50,262 nucleotides of DNA from a virus. Position 1 is the first letter of the stretch, and every line of letters starts with the position of its first letter. The notes under the pieces were generated by a model. It did no database searches. It saw nothing but the letters and a program-made list of their open reading frames with translations, and was not told the DNA's origin. Where the stretch lies: the IMG/VR virus record IMGVR_UViG_3300046697_000178, positions 1 to 50,262 of that record; one strand, written 5' to 3'. A program made the position numbers and the translations under genes. Positions 18,544-26,236 of the stretch are shown here, piece after piece.

Positions 18544-19599
18544 CTACTGGTCCAATCCCAATTCGCGCAAGGTGGCCGGCAGGGCGTTCAACGCGCGATC
18601 CAGGGACGTTTTACCCTGGGGTGCTGCCGTTGAAGTCGTAGTGCCGCCGCCCGTGCGTCGTGCGGACTGGGCGCGTAGCTTGGTCAGATGCTCTTGTTTG
18701 GCTTGGGTGACAATTTGTTCGCCATGCACGGCGAATACGGAACGCTTCAAAAGCTCGGGGGAAGGCGAGGGCTTGCCGCCCCGGCGCTCCAGATCGGCCC
18801 CGCGCTGGAAGTGATCGTCCAGCACGGCGGCGATATTCGCAGTCTGCTCGGCAGTGAGCGTCTTGCCTGGTTCGCCATACAACGCGGGATAGCCCAACTT
18901 TTGCAAGTTGGCCGTGGCCGTCGAGCGCAACGTGCCGACGTGCTGCTGAACCAGCATTTGCTTGATGCCGCCAATCTCATTGCGCAACGCTTTGTTCTCG
19001 GCCGCGGCGGCGTCCACAAAATCGTTGATGGGCTTGGCGGCATCGGGGTCAATGCTGTCCGGCAACTTGAACTTCGTCAGGTCGTCGAAGACGCTACCCT
19101 TCGCTGTCTGCTGTCCTTCCTGCTGGACCGGCTGCTGCTGGGTTACCGACTGCTGGCCTGGAACGGTCTGCCGCTCCATGAAAGCCTTTTTGTCGATACC
19201 CTTCAGCACCACGTCCAACACTTCGCGGGATGGAATCGCGGCCAGCGTTTCGCTGTCCACGCCATACGCCGCGGCCAAGTCCTGCACGCTGGCATCGCGC
19301 CACTCGTGGGCAGACTCTTCGTGCGTGGCGGTTCCGCCTGTCACGGCATCGTCAACGACGGAAGTTTCGTCGCTGTTGACGGAAGTTTCCTCTTGAGTCT
19401 TGGCAAACCGGCCGCCTTCATCGCGGCTGCGCCCGGCGGGCTCGTCCGGCGTCTCGGCATCCTTCTCGGCGGCAAGCTGCTCATGCAGCCCGGCCAAGTA
19501 GGTGTCGCGCTGCGGCGCGTCCATCGCGGACCATTCGGTATGCTCGCCGACACTGGCCGGCGTTTCCAAAGTCGAAATTGATTCTTCACTCATCCCCAT
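18544..19599 (-). CDS. Scaffolding protein (about 351 aa).
   Basis: Acidic, Q/A/E-rich helical protein between portal and capsid. ATG at 19599 or 19593. The first 99 codons of the track ORF are shadow over the upstream gene. Confidence 0.6.
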   Translation of the reverse strand: MGMSEESISTLETPASVGEHTEWSAMDAPQRDTYLAGLHEQLAAEKDAETPDEPAGRSRDEGGRFAKTQEETSVNSDETSVVDDAVTGGTATHEESAHEWRDASVQDLAAAYGVDSETLAAIPSREVLDVVLKGIDKKAFMERQTVPGQQSVTQQQPVQQEGQQTAKGSVFDDLTKFKLPDSIDPDAAKPINDFVDAAAAENKALRNEIGGIKQMLVQQHVGTLRSTATANLQKLGYPALYGEPGKTLTAEQTANIAAVLDDHFQRGADLERRGGKPSPSPELLKRSVFAVHGEQIVTQAKQEHLTKLRAQSARRTGGGTTTSTAAPQGKTSLDRALNALPATLRELGLDQ

Positions 19600-19918
19600 A
19601 TCCCCCGTCGTGATCGTGTAACGGGCCGAGCCCGTGCATTTCACCGAAAATCTTGCCCCACTGCGCCCGCCCGCGGCGGGAAGTGATCTCGCAGACGCCG
19701 CCGTGCTTGCCTTGCACGTAACGCACGCCCGGCACGCCATGACGTTTGATCGTGGCGTTGAGCAAGGCGATCTGCTTCTGATGGCAACCCATCGACCGCG
19801 ACAACAGCGGCTTCTCTGCGCCGTAGGTCTTGCAACTCGACAGCCGGCGTTGGCCGCAGTCGTTGGCGATGACCTTGCCGTGCTTGTCAAAAGCAATGCC
19901 CACTACCATGCTGCTCAT
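19586..19918 (-). CDS. Cys-rich small protein (110 aa), translationally coupled to the portal gene.
   Basis: ATGA overlap with the portal stop (19915..19918). Sequence MSSMVVGIAFDKHGKVIANDCGQRRLSSCK..GCHQKQ..GGVCE. Confidence 0.55.
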   Translation of the reverse strand: MSSMVVGIAFDKHGKVIANDCGQRRLSSCKTYGAEKPLLSRSMGCHQKQIALLNATIKRHGVPGVRYVQGKHGGVCEITSRRGRAQWGKIFGEMHGLGPLHDHDGGYGDE

Positions 19919-21678
19919 CGTCCGGCCCCCATCATTGGCGCCGCGGTCTGCTCGCGGCCTTGCATCATCTGTCCCATGACCTGCGCCATGCCTTGGCCCT
20001 GCGGCGCACCGCTGCCACTGCTGCGCACCACTTCGCGGCTCGTGTTGGCCGGTTTGCTGGCCTGATGCGGGTCGCTGGCCCCCGCCTGCTGCTGCATCTG
20101 CTTGGCCAGACGCAGAATCTCGGGCGTATTCGTGTAGTCCGCATAGATGCGCGTGAACTCTTGCCCGTCGAAAATGCCCGCCTGGATGGCCGGCATGATT
20201 TGCAGGTAGTCGGCCGCGAACTGCTTCAAGGTTGCCAGCTTCGCTTCCGGCGGGCGGAAGGCCATGCTGTTCGGCTCGACGGAAAAATCGTAGTGATCGA
20301 ACTTTCCTTCCCGCTTGCCCGGCTTCCATGACACCGAATCCGGCGGCAGATAGTAGCCCGTGTTGCCGCCCTCGAGGCTGGCATTGACTTGCAGGCTCTC
20401 GTCCTTCCACATCAGGCCGCCGACCTCCCGCAAAATCTCGGCGGTGAACTGGTAGACGGCCCCCTTCATAAAACCGATGCGGCCCGTGGCGCTGCCGGCC
20501 AGCATCTTCTCTTGCGTGGCCGTGTCGGCTTCCGTGCCGAGGCCGCCCAGGATGCGCTCGTTACCGGCCTGCGTGTTGTAGATTTCCCCCGCCGCCAGAA
20601 AGAAGGCGTTCGTGTTGCCATCCACACCCGGCATATTCACGGGCACGGCGCTCTTCGGGTCGAGGACGGTGATGTACTCGCCATCCTGGGCGCTCTTGAT
20701 GGCCTCGCCATCCTTTTCGCCGCCCTTCGGCACCATCACGAAATTCTTCTGCCGGTCAGCCTGCGTACTCAGCTTCTTGTACAGGCGGTTCATGAGGCGG
20801 TCCAACAGCACCAACTGCTGGGCGGGCGTCGAAGGCATGACGTTATCGGGCACATTGCCCAAGGAGAGGAACTTGTACGGCCCGCGTTCGCTGCCATCCC
20901 AATCGCTGACCTTCAAGGGCGGCAGGGTGTCGTTGTCGGCCGAGAGCGTAAGGAACTGCCGTTCCCGCGGCAGATACACGTCCATCAGCCACAGCATGGG
21001 CTCCAACTCGTCGTCGTCTACGGAATTGCCGTGGGCGATCTGGTCGGCCCGGTCGCTGTCCGCGTTCTGATTCAGCTTGGAACTGGGCGAGAGCTTGGAC
21101 CGCACCTTCGCGTCGTAGTCGTCCCGGTCGCGGACGGCATCGAAGGGGGCACGGTAGCGGTCGCCGTAGAACCGCATGGCATTGATCGAGCGGCCGGGCA
21201 TGTCGAGGATCAGGTCGGAGAAGGGCACGCGCTGCACCCACGGCCGCCCGGGGTCCAGCCACACGTTGGGCTCGACTTCCTTCATGCCGGCGTCGGCCAT
21301 GCGGACCTTGGCGGCCCCCAGGAGGAAGAAGGCATCCAGGACGCATTCCTGCAACGTGCTGCGCAGGTCGATGTCGGCCGTCACGCGGTTGACGTTGGCT
21401 TCGTACTTGCGGGCGAAGGGCCACAACTGCTGATCGAAGGAAGTGATCTTGCAACGCGGGTTCTGAAAGCACAACGCCATCTGATAGATGCAGGCCGTGG
21501 TGTTGAGCTTGTTGATGTACCGCGTCCGCCGCCGCCGGGCATTGGGCGAGTACAGCGGCCCGGCAAAGTCGCGGATCATCTCCGTGCGGTCGTTGTCGAA
21601 CAGCGATAGGACATCGCGCGAGCGCTGAATGGCCTTGCGCAGGCGTCCTAAGTCAAGGCTGTCGGCAACGTCGATCAT
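19915..21678 (-). CDS. Portal protein (about 587 aa).
   Basis: First large gene after the terminase, of suitable size, with a Q/G/M-rich C-terminal tail. ATG at 21678 with GGAG 8 nt upstream (the track start at 21702 is TTG). Confidence 0.65.
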   Translation of the reverse strand: MIDVADSLDLGRLRKAIQRSRDVLSLFDNDRTEMIRDFAGPLYSPNARRRRTRYINKLNTTACIYQMALCFQNPRCKITSFDQQLWPFARKYEANVNRVTADIDLRSTLQECVLDAFFLLGAAKVRMADAGMKEVEPNVWLDPGRPWVQRVPFSDLILDMPGRSINAMRFYGDRYRAPFDAVRDRDDYDAKVRSKLSPSSKLNQNADSDRADQIAHGNSVDDDELEPMLWLMDVYLPRERQFLTLSADNDTLPPLKVSDWDGSERGPYKFLSLGNVPDNVMPSTPAQQLVLLDRLMNRLYKKLSTQADRQKNFVMVPKGGEKDGEAIKSAQDGEYITVLDPKSAVPVNMPGVDGNTNAFFLAAGEIYNTQAGNERILGGLGTEADTATQEKMLAGSATGRIGFMKGAVYQFTAEILREVGGLMWKDESLQVNASLEGGNTGYYLPPDSVSWKPGKREGKFDHYDFSVEPNSMAFRPPEAKLATLKQFAADYLQIMPAIQAGIFDGQEFTRIYADYTNTPEILRLAKQMQQQAGASDPHQASKPANTSREVVRSSGSGAPQGQGMAQVMGQMMQGREQTAAPMMGAGR

Positions 21679-21702
21679 AAAATACTCCACCGGCCGAACC
21701 AA

Positions 21703-21746
21703 GAAACGAAAAAGCCCAATGCGGGTAAGCGGCCCCGCTTGGGCTT
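21703..21746 (-). terminator. Rho-independent terminator following the tRNA.
   Basis: Minus strand: AAGCCCAAGCGGG-GCCGCTTA-CCCGC(A)TTGGGCTT followed by TTTCGTTTCTT. This is a 13-bp stem with one bulge. Confidence 0.7.
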
Positions 21747-21820
21747 GTCGTAGTTTGGTCCCTTCACCGTCGCCTGGCCGGGCTAGCGGTGAAGTTTGGC
21801 CGGTAAATTGTCAAAGAATG

Positions 21821-21891
21821 TCGCTGGGACGGGATTCGCACCCGCGTTTGCTGGTTTTGAGCCAGCCGAGTTACTGCTACTCTACCCAGCG
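21821..21891 (-). tRNA. Atypical tRNA, anticodon CAA (Leu by anticodon) with a short variable loop; no encoded CCA.
   Basis: Cloverleaf folded by hand: CGCTGGG TA GAGT-AGCAGTA-ACTC G GCTGG-CTCAAAA-CCAGC AAAC GCGGG-TGCGAAT-CCCGT CCCAGCG A. The acceptor stem has 7 perfect bp, and U8, A14, A21, U33, A37 and G53-C61 are present. G18G19 and U55 are absent. Confidence 0.6.
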
Positions 21892-21894
21892 TCA

Positions 21895-22395
21895 CTAAGC
21901 CGCCATCACAATGGCCTTGTCAACGAACGCTTCCAGAGCTTCGCTGTCGTCCCCGTCGAGAAGTTGGGAGAACTCCGCTTGCAGCGCAGCGGGCATTTCG
22001 ATGACCGCCGCCACGGAATTGTATTTCGAGTGGTCGCCCATCGCCAGCAAGTTGCCGATCAAACTGGCGAACGGCGAATCGTCGGCGCAGACCTTGAGCT
22101 TTTCACGGAGCTTGGCCAGCAGCGGACCCACGGCTCCGTACTCGCCGCCGCCCGTCAGGTTCCGCCGCCGCGTCTCGTCCATGAACGCCGTCACGTTGAC
22201 AGCCGCAATGGACGACGGGCCGGGCTTGACCGGATGGGCGGCCGCGGGATACGAAACATCCACCACCACCAACTCGCCCTCGACGACTTGCACGTCGTGG
22301 ATCAAAAGCAGACTCGACTTGGACACGACGATCACGCCGCGCCCCTTGATTTCCAACGCCTGCAAGCCACCACTGAGATCGTGAATCGTTGCCAT
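21895..22395 (-). CDS. Hypothetical protein (166 aa).
   Basis: ATG at 22395, 2 nt after the terminase stop; protein-like composition. Confidence 0.6.
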   Translation of the reverse strand: MATIHDLSGGLQALEIKGRGVIVVSKSSLLLIHDVQVVEGELVVVDVSYPAAAHPVKPGPSSIAAVNVTAFMDETRRRNLTGGGEYGAVGPLLAKLREKLKVCADDSPFASLIGNLLAMGDHSKYNSVAAVIEMPAALQAEFSQLLDGDDSEALEAFVDKAIVMAA

Positions 22396-22397
22396 AC

Positions 22398-25300
22398 TCA
22401 CCACGCTCCTGCTGTTGTGCGGCCGAATCCGACAAAATCGTTTTCTTCTGCGCCGCTTGCCTTTTGCTGCCTTTGCTGCAAGCGGTAAGCCATCGTCCCA
22501 TATTTCGTACTTTGTTCTTCCGGCTCCCGTTTGTCAACACCAACCTGCTGAAAATCCTTCAGCGCCGTCCAGCACACGCCGCCCGCAATTGCCCGGTCGC
22601 CGTGCCCGGTGCCGTGGTACAGCATCCCGTCCTGGACCTTTTCGTCCCACTGCCAACCCGCACATTCTTTGATAAAATCTTCCGACCGGGGTAGGAACGT
22701 ACCTTCGGCAAAGGCAAACGACAGGTCGCCAAACAGGTCGGCCTTGGCCCCGCGGCTGTTGTTGTTCCAGCCCGCATCCCTTTGCCGGTCCTGGGAAAAC
22801 GAGCCTTCCTTGAGCGGCTTAATCCAGACGTGCGGGTAGAATTGCCCCTTCCGCACCTCGGCGCCAAAGGAACCGCCCGGACCCTGCCGTTCCCAGTTCA
22901 GCACGGCATCGTGCAGCCAACGACCGAAGGCCACACACAACTGCGCGAACGGCCGTGGCGCTATCTGCGGATCGGTGTACTCCAAAACCTGCTCGCCGTT
23001 CTTGTTCCGACAGCCAATCAGCACGGAATTGGAACGACTGGCCTCGCCCTCGCCCGTGCCAATGTCGGCCCCGAGGGTGAACTTGCCGCCGGGCGCCGCG
23101 TTGTTCAAGCCGGGTTTGAACCACAGCTTGAGTGGCCCGCCCGCTTGTGGCGTCAGCTTAAGTTCCCCATCTTCCAACCTCGCCCGCCCTTCCCAGACTG
23201 GCGGCTTGACCTTCTCCCGCAGCATCACTTCCAACACGTCCTTGTCGAACGGCTTGCCGGTCACCCCGTGCGCGTTCATGTCCAATTCACGGGCGATCCA
23301 CCGCGGCGTAGCACCCGGCAGCAGGCAGTAGGCGTCGTACCAGGGCGAACGGAACTTGCCGTCCAGCTTATGGCCGCGGCGCTCCAGCTTCCGCAGATCG
23401 CTGGCATGACGCCGAGCATACCGATCGACGGCCGCTTGCTCCTCCGGCCGGACGGCAACCAGCTTGCCGTCCCGCCACACGTAGGCGTTGCGGGTCTGCG
23501 CCGGGTTGTCTTTCCAGTCCAGCACCACCTTCAGCGGATTCTCTTCGTCAGTCGCCGCCTCATAGAAGGCCCCCGCATCGCCACCATAGGTTGAGACCAG
23601 GAACATGCAATTGTGGGAAAGAAGCGGACGTCCTCCGTCGTCAAGAACGGTGAACGCCCGCCGAGGACCGCAGTTCAAAAGGTCGTACACGGCCGCCGAT
23701 TTTTGGGTGGAAGCAATAGAGCATCCATCGAACAGCCCCTCTTGATGCGACCCAAAATCGCTCCATGTGTCACCCCAACCATCCTGGCAATCTGAGCCAG
23801 CGTGAGACTCACTGCTGAAATCTCGATGATATGGTTGCCGCGTCTGTTGTTCGACTGCTGCCGCATCGTCGCCCATTGGCAATTTTCCTTGCAATATCCC
23901 AAGTCGTTGTTTATCCGATCCAGCGTCAAGCCAGCGGGCTTCTCTCCCATATCGAACAAGAAGTTGTCGAACTTCAGCCATCTCTCGCATACCGCTATTC
24001 CTCGACCACCGTAATATCGGTACCGAGAATTCCGTGGGTTTGTGCATCTCTGCAACATACCCGCCCACGTGTGGTAACTCACTGTTTTGCTCATGCCGTG
24101 TGTGAAATGTGCAAGTCTGGCCGCAACCATCCGCTGACAACCGCAACTTTTCGTTAGCCCTCTGGTGAGACTCGTCCCGATCACCGATCGCTTCTCCCCA
24201 CAATCGCATCGGCAAATCCACTTTGCATGGCCTGGCGCTGCAGAGCCATCTCTCTGAATAACCTGGAGGCAACCGAATCTCTGCCCTGTCAATTCCTTTA
24301 GTGGCCTTGGCATACTTCCACCCTTCTTTCGTTAAGACCTGATGGTCTGGGGTAAGCCTGATCCGGTACGAACGGATCGTCTCGCGCCAACCCTGAAAAA
24401 TACAGCCATCATGCGACACCCACATTCTACCGTCCCAAACGCGATGATGTAACTGAACATCCTCTATGGGAATGGGACCGTGATCCGTCACCACCAGTGT
24501 CCCTCCGGCAAGGCAATTTGTGACGTGCGAAATCGAGGACAAGACCTTGTAGTCCTTGCCGGACGCAATGAACTCCTCCGAACCAAACTCGTCCAGGGCA
24601 AACACCGTCTGCCGCCCGCCGCGGCCCACATCGCTCGTGGCCGCAAACCCCGTAAAGATAGAGTTTTGCGCCGGGTTCCAGATGGTATGGTCGGACAGGC
24701 TCCGCTCGTACCCCAGCGGCAGGAACCACCACGGCAGCATCTTCAAACCCCAATCCACCTTCCACAGAATCGTGTTCTGATCGGTGGCCGAGTCTACCAG
24801 CTTCTCGTTGCGCGTCACCAGGCCGGCTGAGAACATCGGATCACGCAGAAACCGCCGCATCAGCACGTTGATGTAGGCGAAGGTCGCCCCCTGGGCGCGG
24901 CTCTTAGGCAGGGTCAGGGCGATCGGAGTGTCGCTGGCCTCGGCGTCGTGGATGGCCTGGTCCATCGCCAGGATTACCGGGTCTTGATGCGGCCAGGTGC
25001 AATTATGAACTAGTAGTTGGCGACCGTCATTTCCTAAGACCGCGAATGCCCGACGACCACCGCAATTGATGAGATCATAGACGACCGATTGTTTCTCTGT
25101 TCTTTCCATGTCGCCCATCGGCAATTGCGAGGCTTGTAATCGCCGTCTGGATCGATCCGATCTAGCGTCAATCCCGATGGCTTCTCCCCCATGTCCTTCA
25201 GGAAGTTCACGAATTGCTGCCACCGCTTGCACACTTTGATTCCGCGACCACCGTAGCGATGCCACATTCGATTGTTCGGATTGGTGCATCGTTGCCACAT

Positions 25301-25970
25301 CGCGCACCAAGTGTAATAGATCGGAGTTGGTTTTCTGCCTCTCATGTGTCCGTGAACAACTCCCCCCTTCAGACATCCGCAACTCGTTGTTTTGCCTCTC
25401 CGCATCTGGCCGCCATCCACTACGACCTTCTTTCCGCATCGACATCGACAAATCCACTTCGCGTGATGCCCCGTTTTCTGGGGATAATCCCCATCTCGCT
25501 CGATAACCGTCAGGTAGTCGAACACTTGCCCGGTCATATCCTTCGCTCGCCATTTTCCAGCCATGATCTGTATACACCCTATGATCTTTGGTGAGGTAAA
25601 CTCCATAGGCAAGCATGACAGACATGTGACCCTTGTACAAGGCCCCACCTTGAGAAATCCAAGAATCTCCATCCCACACAAGATCATCCTTTGTCACTTT
25701 TTCGATAGGGACAGAACCTCGGTCAGTGACAACAAGAGTGCCTGCCGCAATACAGAACGGCAGCACCTTCTCCTTGGCCCGCGGATTCATCAGCCACCCA
25801 AAGGCATTGAAGAAGAACAGCACATCCTGCATGGCCGCATTGTAGAGGCAGTATTGCAGCTGCGGATCATGCTCGGCCGCCTCCCGCATCCGCACCCGCC
25901 AAGCCAGATTGGCCGCGACCCCATCCTTCCACGTCGGCATGTACTCGATCCAGGGCGTGGCAGGATTCAT
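22398..25970 (-). CDS. terL: Terminase large subunit precursor containing two inteins (about 637-aa mature extein).
   Basis: Walker A LPKSRAQGATF, Walker B VFALDEFG, motif III FLVSTYGG, and a nuclease region LGADIGTGEGEASRSNSV. ATGA coupling at 25967..25970 (the track start at 25985 is TTG). Confidence 0.85.
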   Translation of the reverse strand: MNPATPWIEYMPTWKDGVAANLAWRVRMREAAEHDPQLQYCLYNAAMQDVLFFFNAFGWLMNPRAKEKVLPFCIAAGTLVVTDRGSVPIEKVTKDDLVWDGDSWISQGGALYKGHMSVMLAYGVYLTKDHRVYTDHGWKMASEGYDRASVRLPDGYRARWGLSPENGASREVDLSMSMRKEGRSGWRPDAERQNNELRMSEGGSCSRTHERQKTNSDLLHLVRDVATMHQSEQSNVASLRWSRNQSVQAVAAIRELPEGHGGEAIGIDARSDRSRRRLQASQLPMGDMERTEKQSVVYDLINCGGRRAFAVLGNDGRQLLVHNCTWPHQDPVILAMDQAIHDAEASDTPIALTLPKSRAQGATFAYINVLMRRFLRDPMFSAGLVTRNEKLVDSATDQNTILWKVDWGLKMLPWWFLPLGYERSLSDHTIWNPAQNSIFTGFAATSDVGRGGRQTVFALDEFGSEEFIASGKDYKVLSSISHVTNCLAGGTLVVTDHGPIPIEDVQLHHRVWDGRMWVSHDGCIFQGWRETIRSYRIRLTPDHQVLTKEGWKYAKATKGIDRAEIRLPPGYSERWLCSARPCKVDLPMRLWGEAIGDRDESHQRANEKLRLSADGCGQTCTFHTRHEQNSELPHVGGYVAEMHKPTEFSVPILRWSRNSGMREMAEVRQLLVRYGREARWLDAGSDKQRLGILQGKLPMGDDAAAVEQQTRQPYHRDFSSESHAGSDCQDGWGDTWSDFGSHQEGLFDGCSIASTQKSAAVYDLLNCGPRRAFTVLDDGGRPLLSHNCMFLVSTYGGDAGAFYEAATDEENPLKVVLDWKDNPAQTRNAYVWRDGKLVAVRPEEQAAVDRYARRHASDLRKLERRGHKLDGKFRSPWYDAYCLLPGATPRWIARELDMNAHGVTGKPFDKDVLEVMLREKVKPPVWEGRARLEDGELKLTPQAGGPLKLWFKPGLNNAAPGGKFTLGADIGTGEGEASRSNSVLIGCRNKNGEQVLEYTDPQIAPRPFAQLCVAFGRWLHDAVLNWERQGPGGSFGAEVRKGQFYPHVWIKPLKEGSFSQDRQRDAGWNNNSRGAKADLFGDLSFAFAEGTFLPRSEDFIKECAGWQWDEKVQDGMLYHGTGHGDRAIAGGVCWTALKDFQQVGVDKREPEEQSTKYGTMAYRLQQRQQKASGAEENDFVGFGRTTAGAW
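23610..24515 (-). mobile_element. Intein 2 (302 aa), inserted between Walker B and motif III of TerL.
   Basis: SISHVTN|CLAGGTLVVTDHG.. block-B-like LTPDHQVLT ..AAVYDLLNCGPRRAFTVLDDGGRPLLSHN|CMFLVSTYGG. Confidence 0.85.
23675..24313 (-). CDS. Endonuclease-like ORF (212 aa) nested in intein 2 in the +1 frame: zinc ribbon, LDRI..NCxWAT module and a C-terminal HTH.
   Basis: LTGQRFGCLQV..WICRCDCG..SCGC..YYGGRGIAVCERWLKFDNFLFDMGEKPAGLTLDRINNDLGYCKENCQWATMRQQSNNRR..SLTLAQIARMVGVTHGAILGRIKRG. It has its own ATG (24313) and stop, with GAAGGGTGGA upstream. Confidence 0.75.
   Translation of the reverse strand: MPRPLKELTGQRFGCLQVIQRDGSAAPGHAKWICRCDCGEKRSVIGTSLTRGLTKSCGCQRMVAARLAHFTHGMSKTVSYHTWAGMLQRCTNPRNSRYRYYGGRGIAVCERWLKFDNFLFDMGEKPAGLTLDRINNDLGYCKENCQWATMRQQSNNRRGNHIIEISAVSLTLAQIARMVGVTHGAILGRIKRGCSMDALLLPPKNRRPCTTF
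25002..25754 (-). mobile_element. Intein 1 (251 aa), inserted near the TerL N-terminus, upstream of Walker A.
   Basis: KEKVLPF|CIAAGTLVVTDRG.. block-B-like LTKDHRVYT ..VVYDLINCGGRRAFAVLGNDGRQLLVHN|CTWPHQ. Confidence 0.85.
25034..25564 (-). CDS. Endonuclease-like ORF (176 aa) nested in intein 1 in the +1 frame. It is a paralog of 23675..24313 and lacks the C-terminal HTH.
   Basis: MTGQVFDYLTVI..WICRCRCG..SCGC..YGGRGIKVCKRWQQFVNFLKDMGEKPSGLTLDRIDPDGDYKPRNCRWATWKEQRNN. Its tail overprints intein block F. Confidence 0.65.
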   Translation of the reverse strand: MAGKWRAKDMTGQVFDYLTVIERDGDYPQKTGHHAKWICRCRCGKKVVVDGGQMRRGKTTSCGCLKGGVVHGHMRGRKPTPIYYTWCAMWQRCTNPNNRMWHRYGGRGIKVCKRWQQFVNFLKDMGEKPSGLTLDRIDPDGDYKPRNCRWATWKEQRNNRSSMISSIAVVVGHSRS

Positions 25971-26236
25971 GTCCATGTCTCCCAACCGCCACCAGCATCC
26001 TTGTACTCTCTCGCAGCCTTCTCTAAAAGATCAATAATGCCAGCGGGCGTTCCATCCAACTGCCAACGCACCTTGCAGTCTGACCAATGCACGCGGAGTA
26101 GCATTGAAAGAAAAAAACGCTTCGCAATCGGTCCCAGTCGATCCTCTTCCTCTACACGAACATCAAACGGCATAGCGTTTGAGGAAATGATAGACGCGGG
26201 TATCTTGGTGCTGTTTTTCATGTTGAAAACTTTCAT
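25967..26236 (-). CDS. Hypothetical protein (89 aa) in a low-GC island.
   Basis: Track ORF. ATGA overlaps occur at both ends (26233..26236 with the upstream gene, 25967..25970 with terL). Confidence 0.55.
   Translation of the reverse strand: MKVFNMKNSTKIPASIISSNAMPFDVRVEEEDRLGPIAKRFFLSMLLRVHWSDCKVRWQLDGTPAGIIDLLEKAAREYKDAGGGWETWT

Noticed and set aside
19586-20410. A 274-aa minus-strand ORF overlapping the portal gene.
   Set aside because: Only its last 110 codons, after the portal stop and starting at the ATGA overlap, look coding. The upstream part is alternate-frame shadow of the portal gene.
22398-25985. Treating the 1,195-codon ORF as three separate terminase gene fragments split by inserted endonuclease genes (a split terminase).
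   Set aside because: The reading frame is continuous. Both insertions begin with Cys and end with His-Asn followed by Cys, with Hint block A, B, F and G-like motifs. Removing them restores a colinear TerL (Walker A, Walker B, motif III, nuclease). Protein splicing is the simpler explanation.
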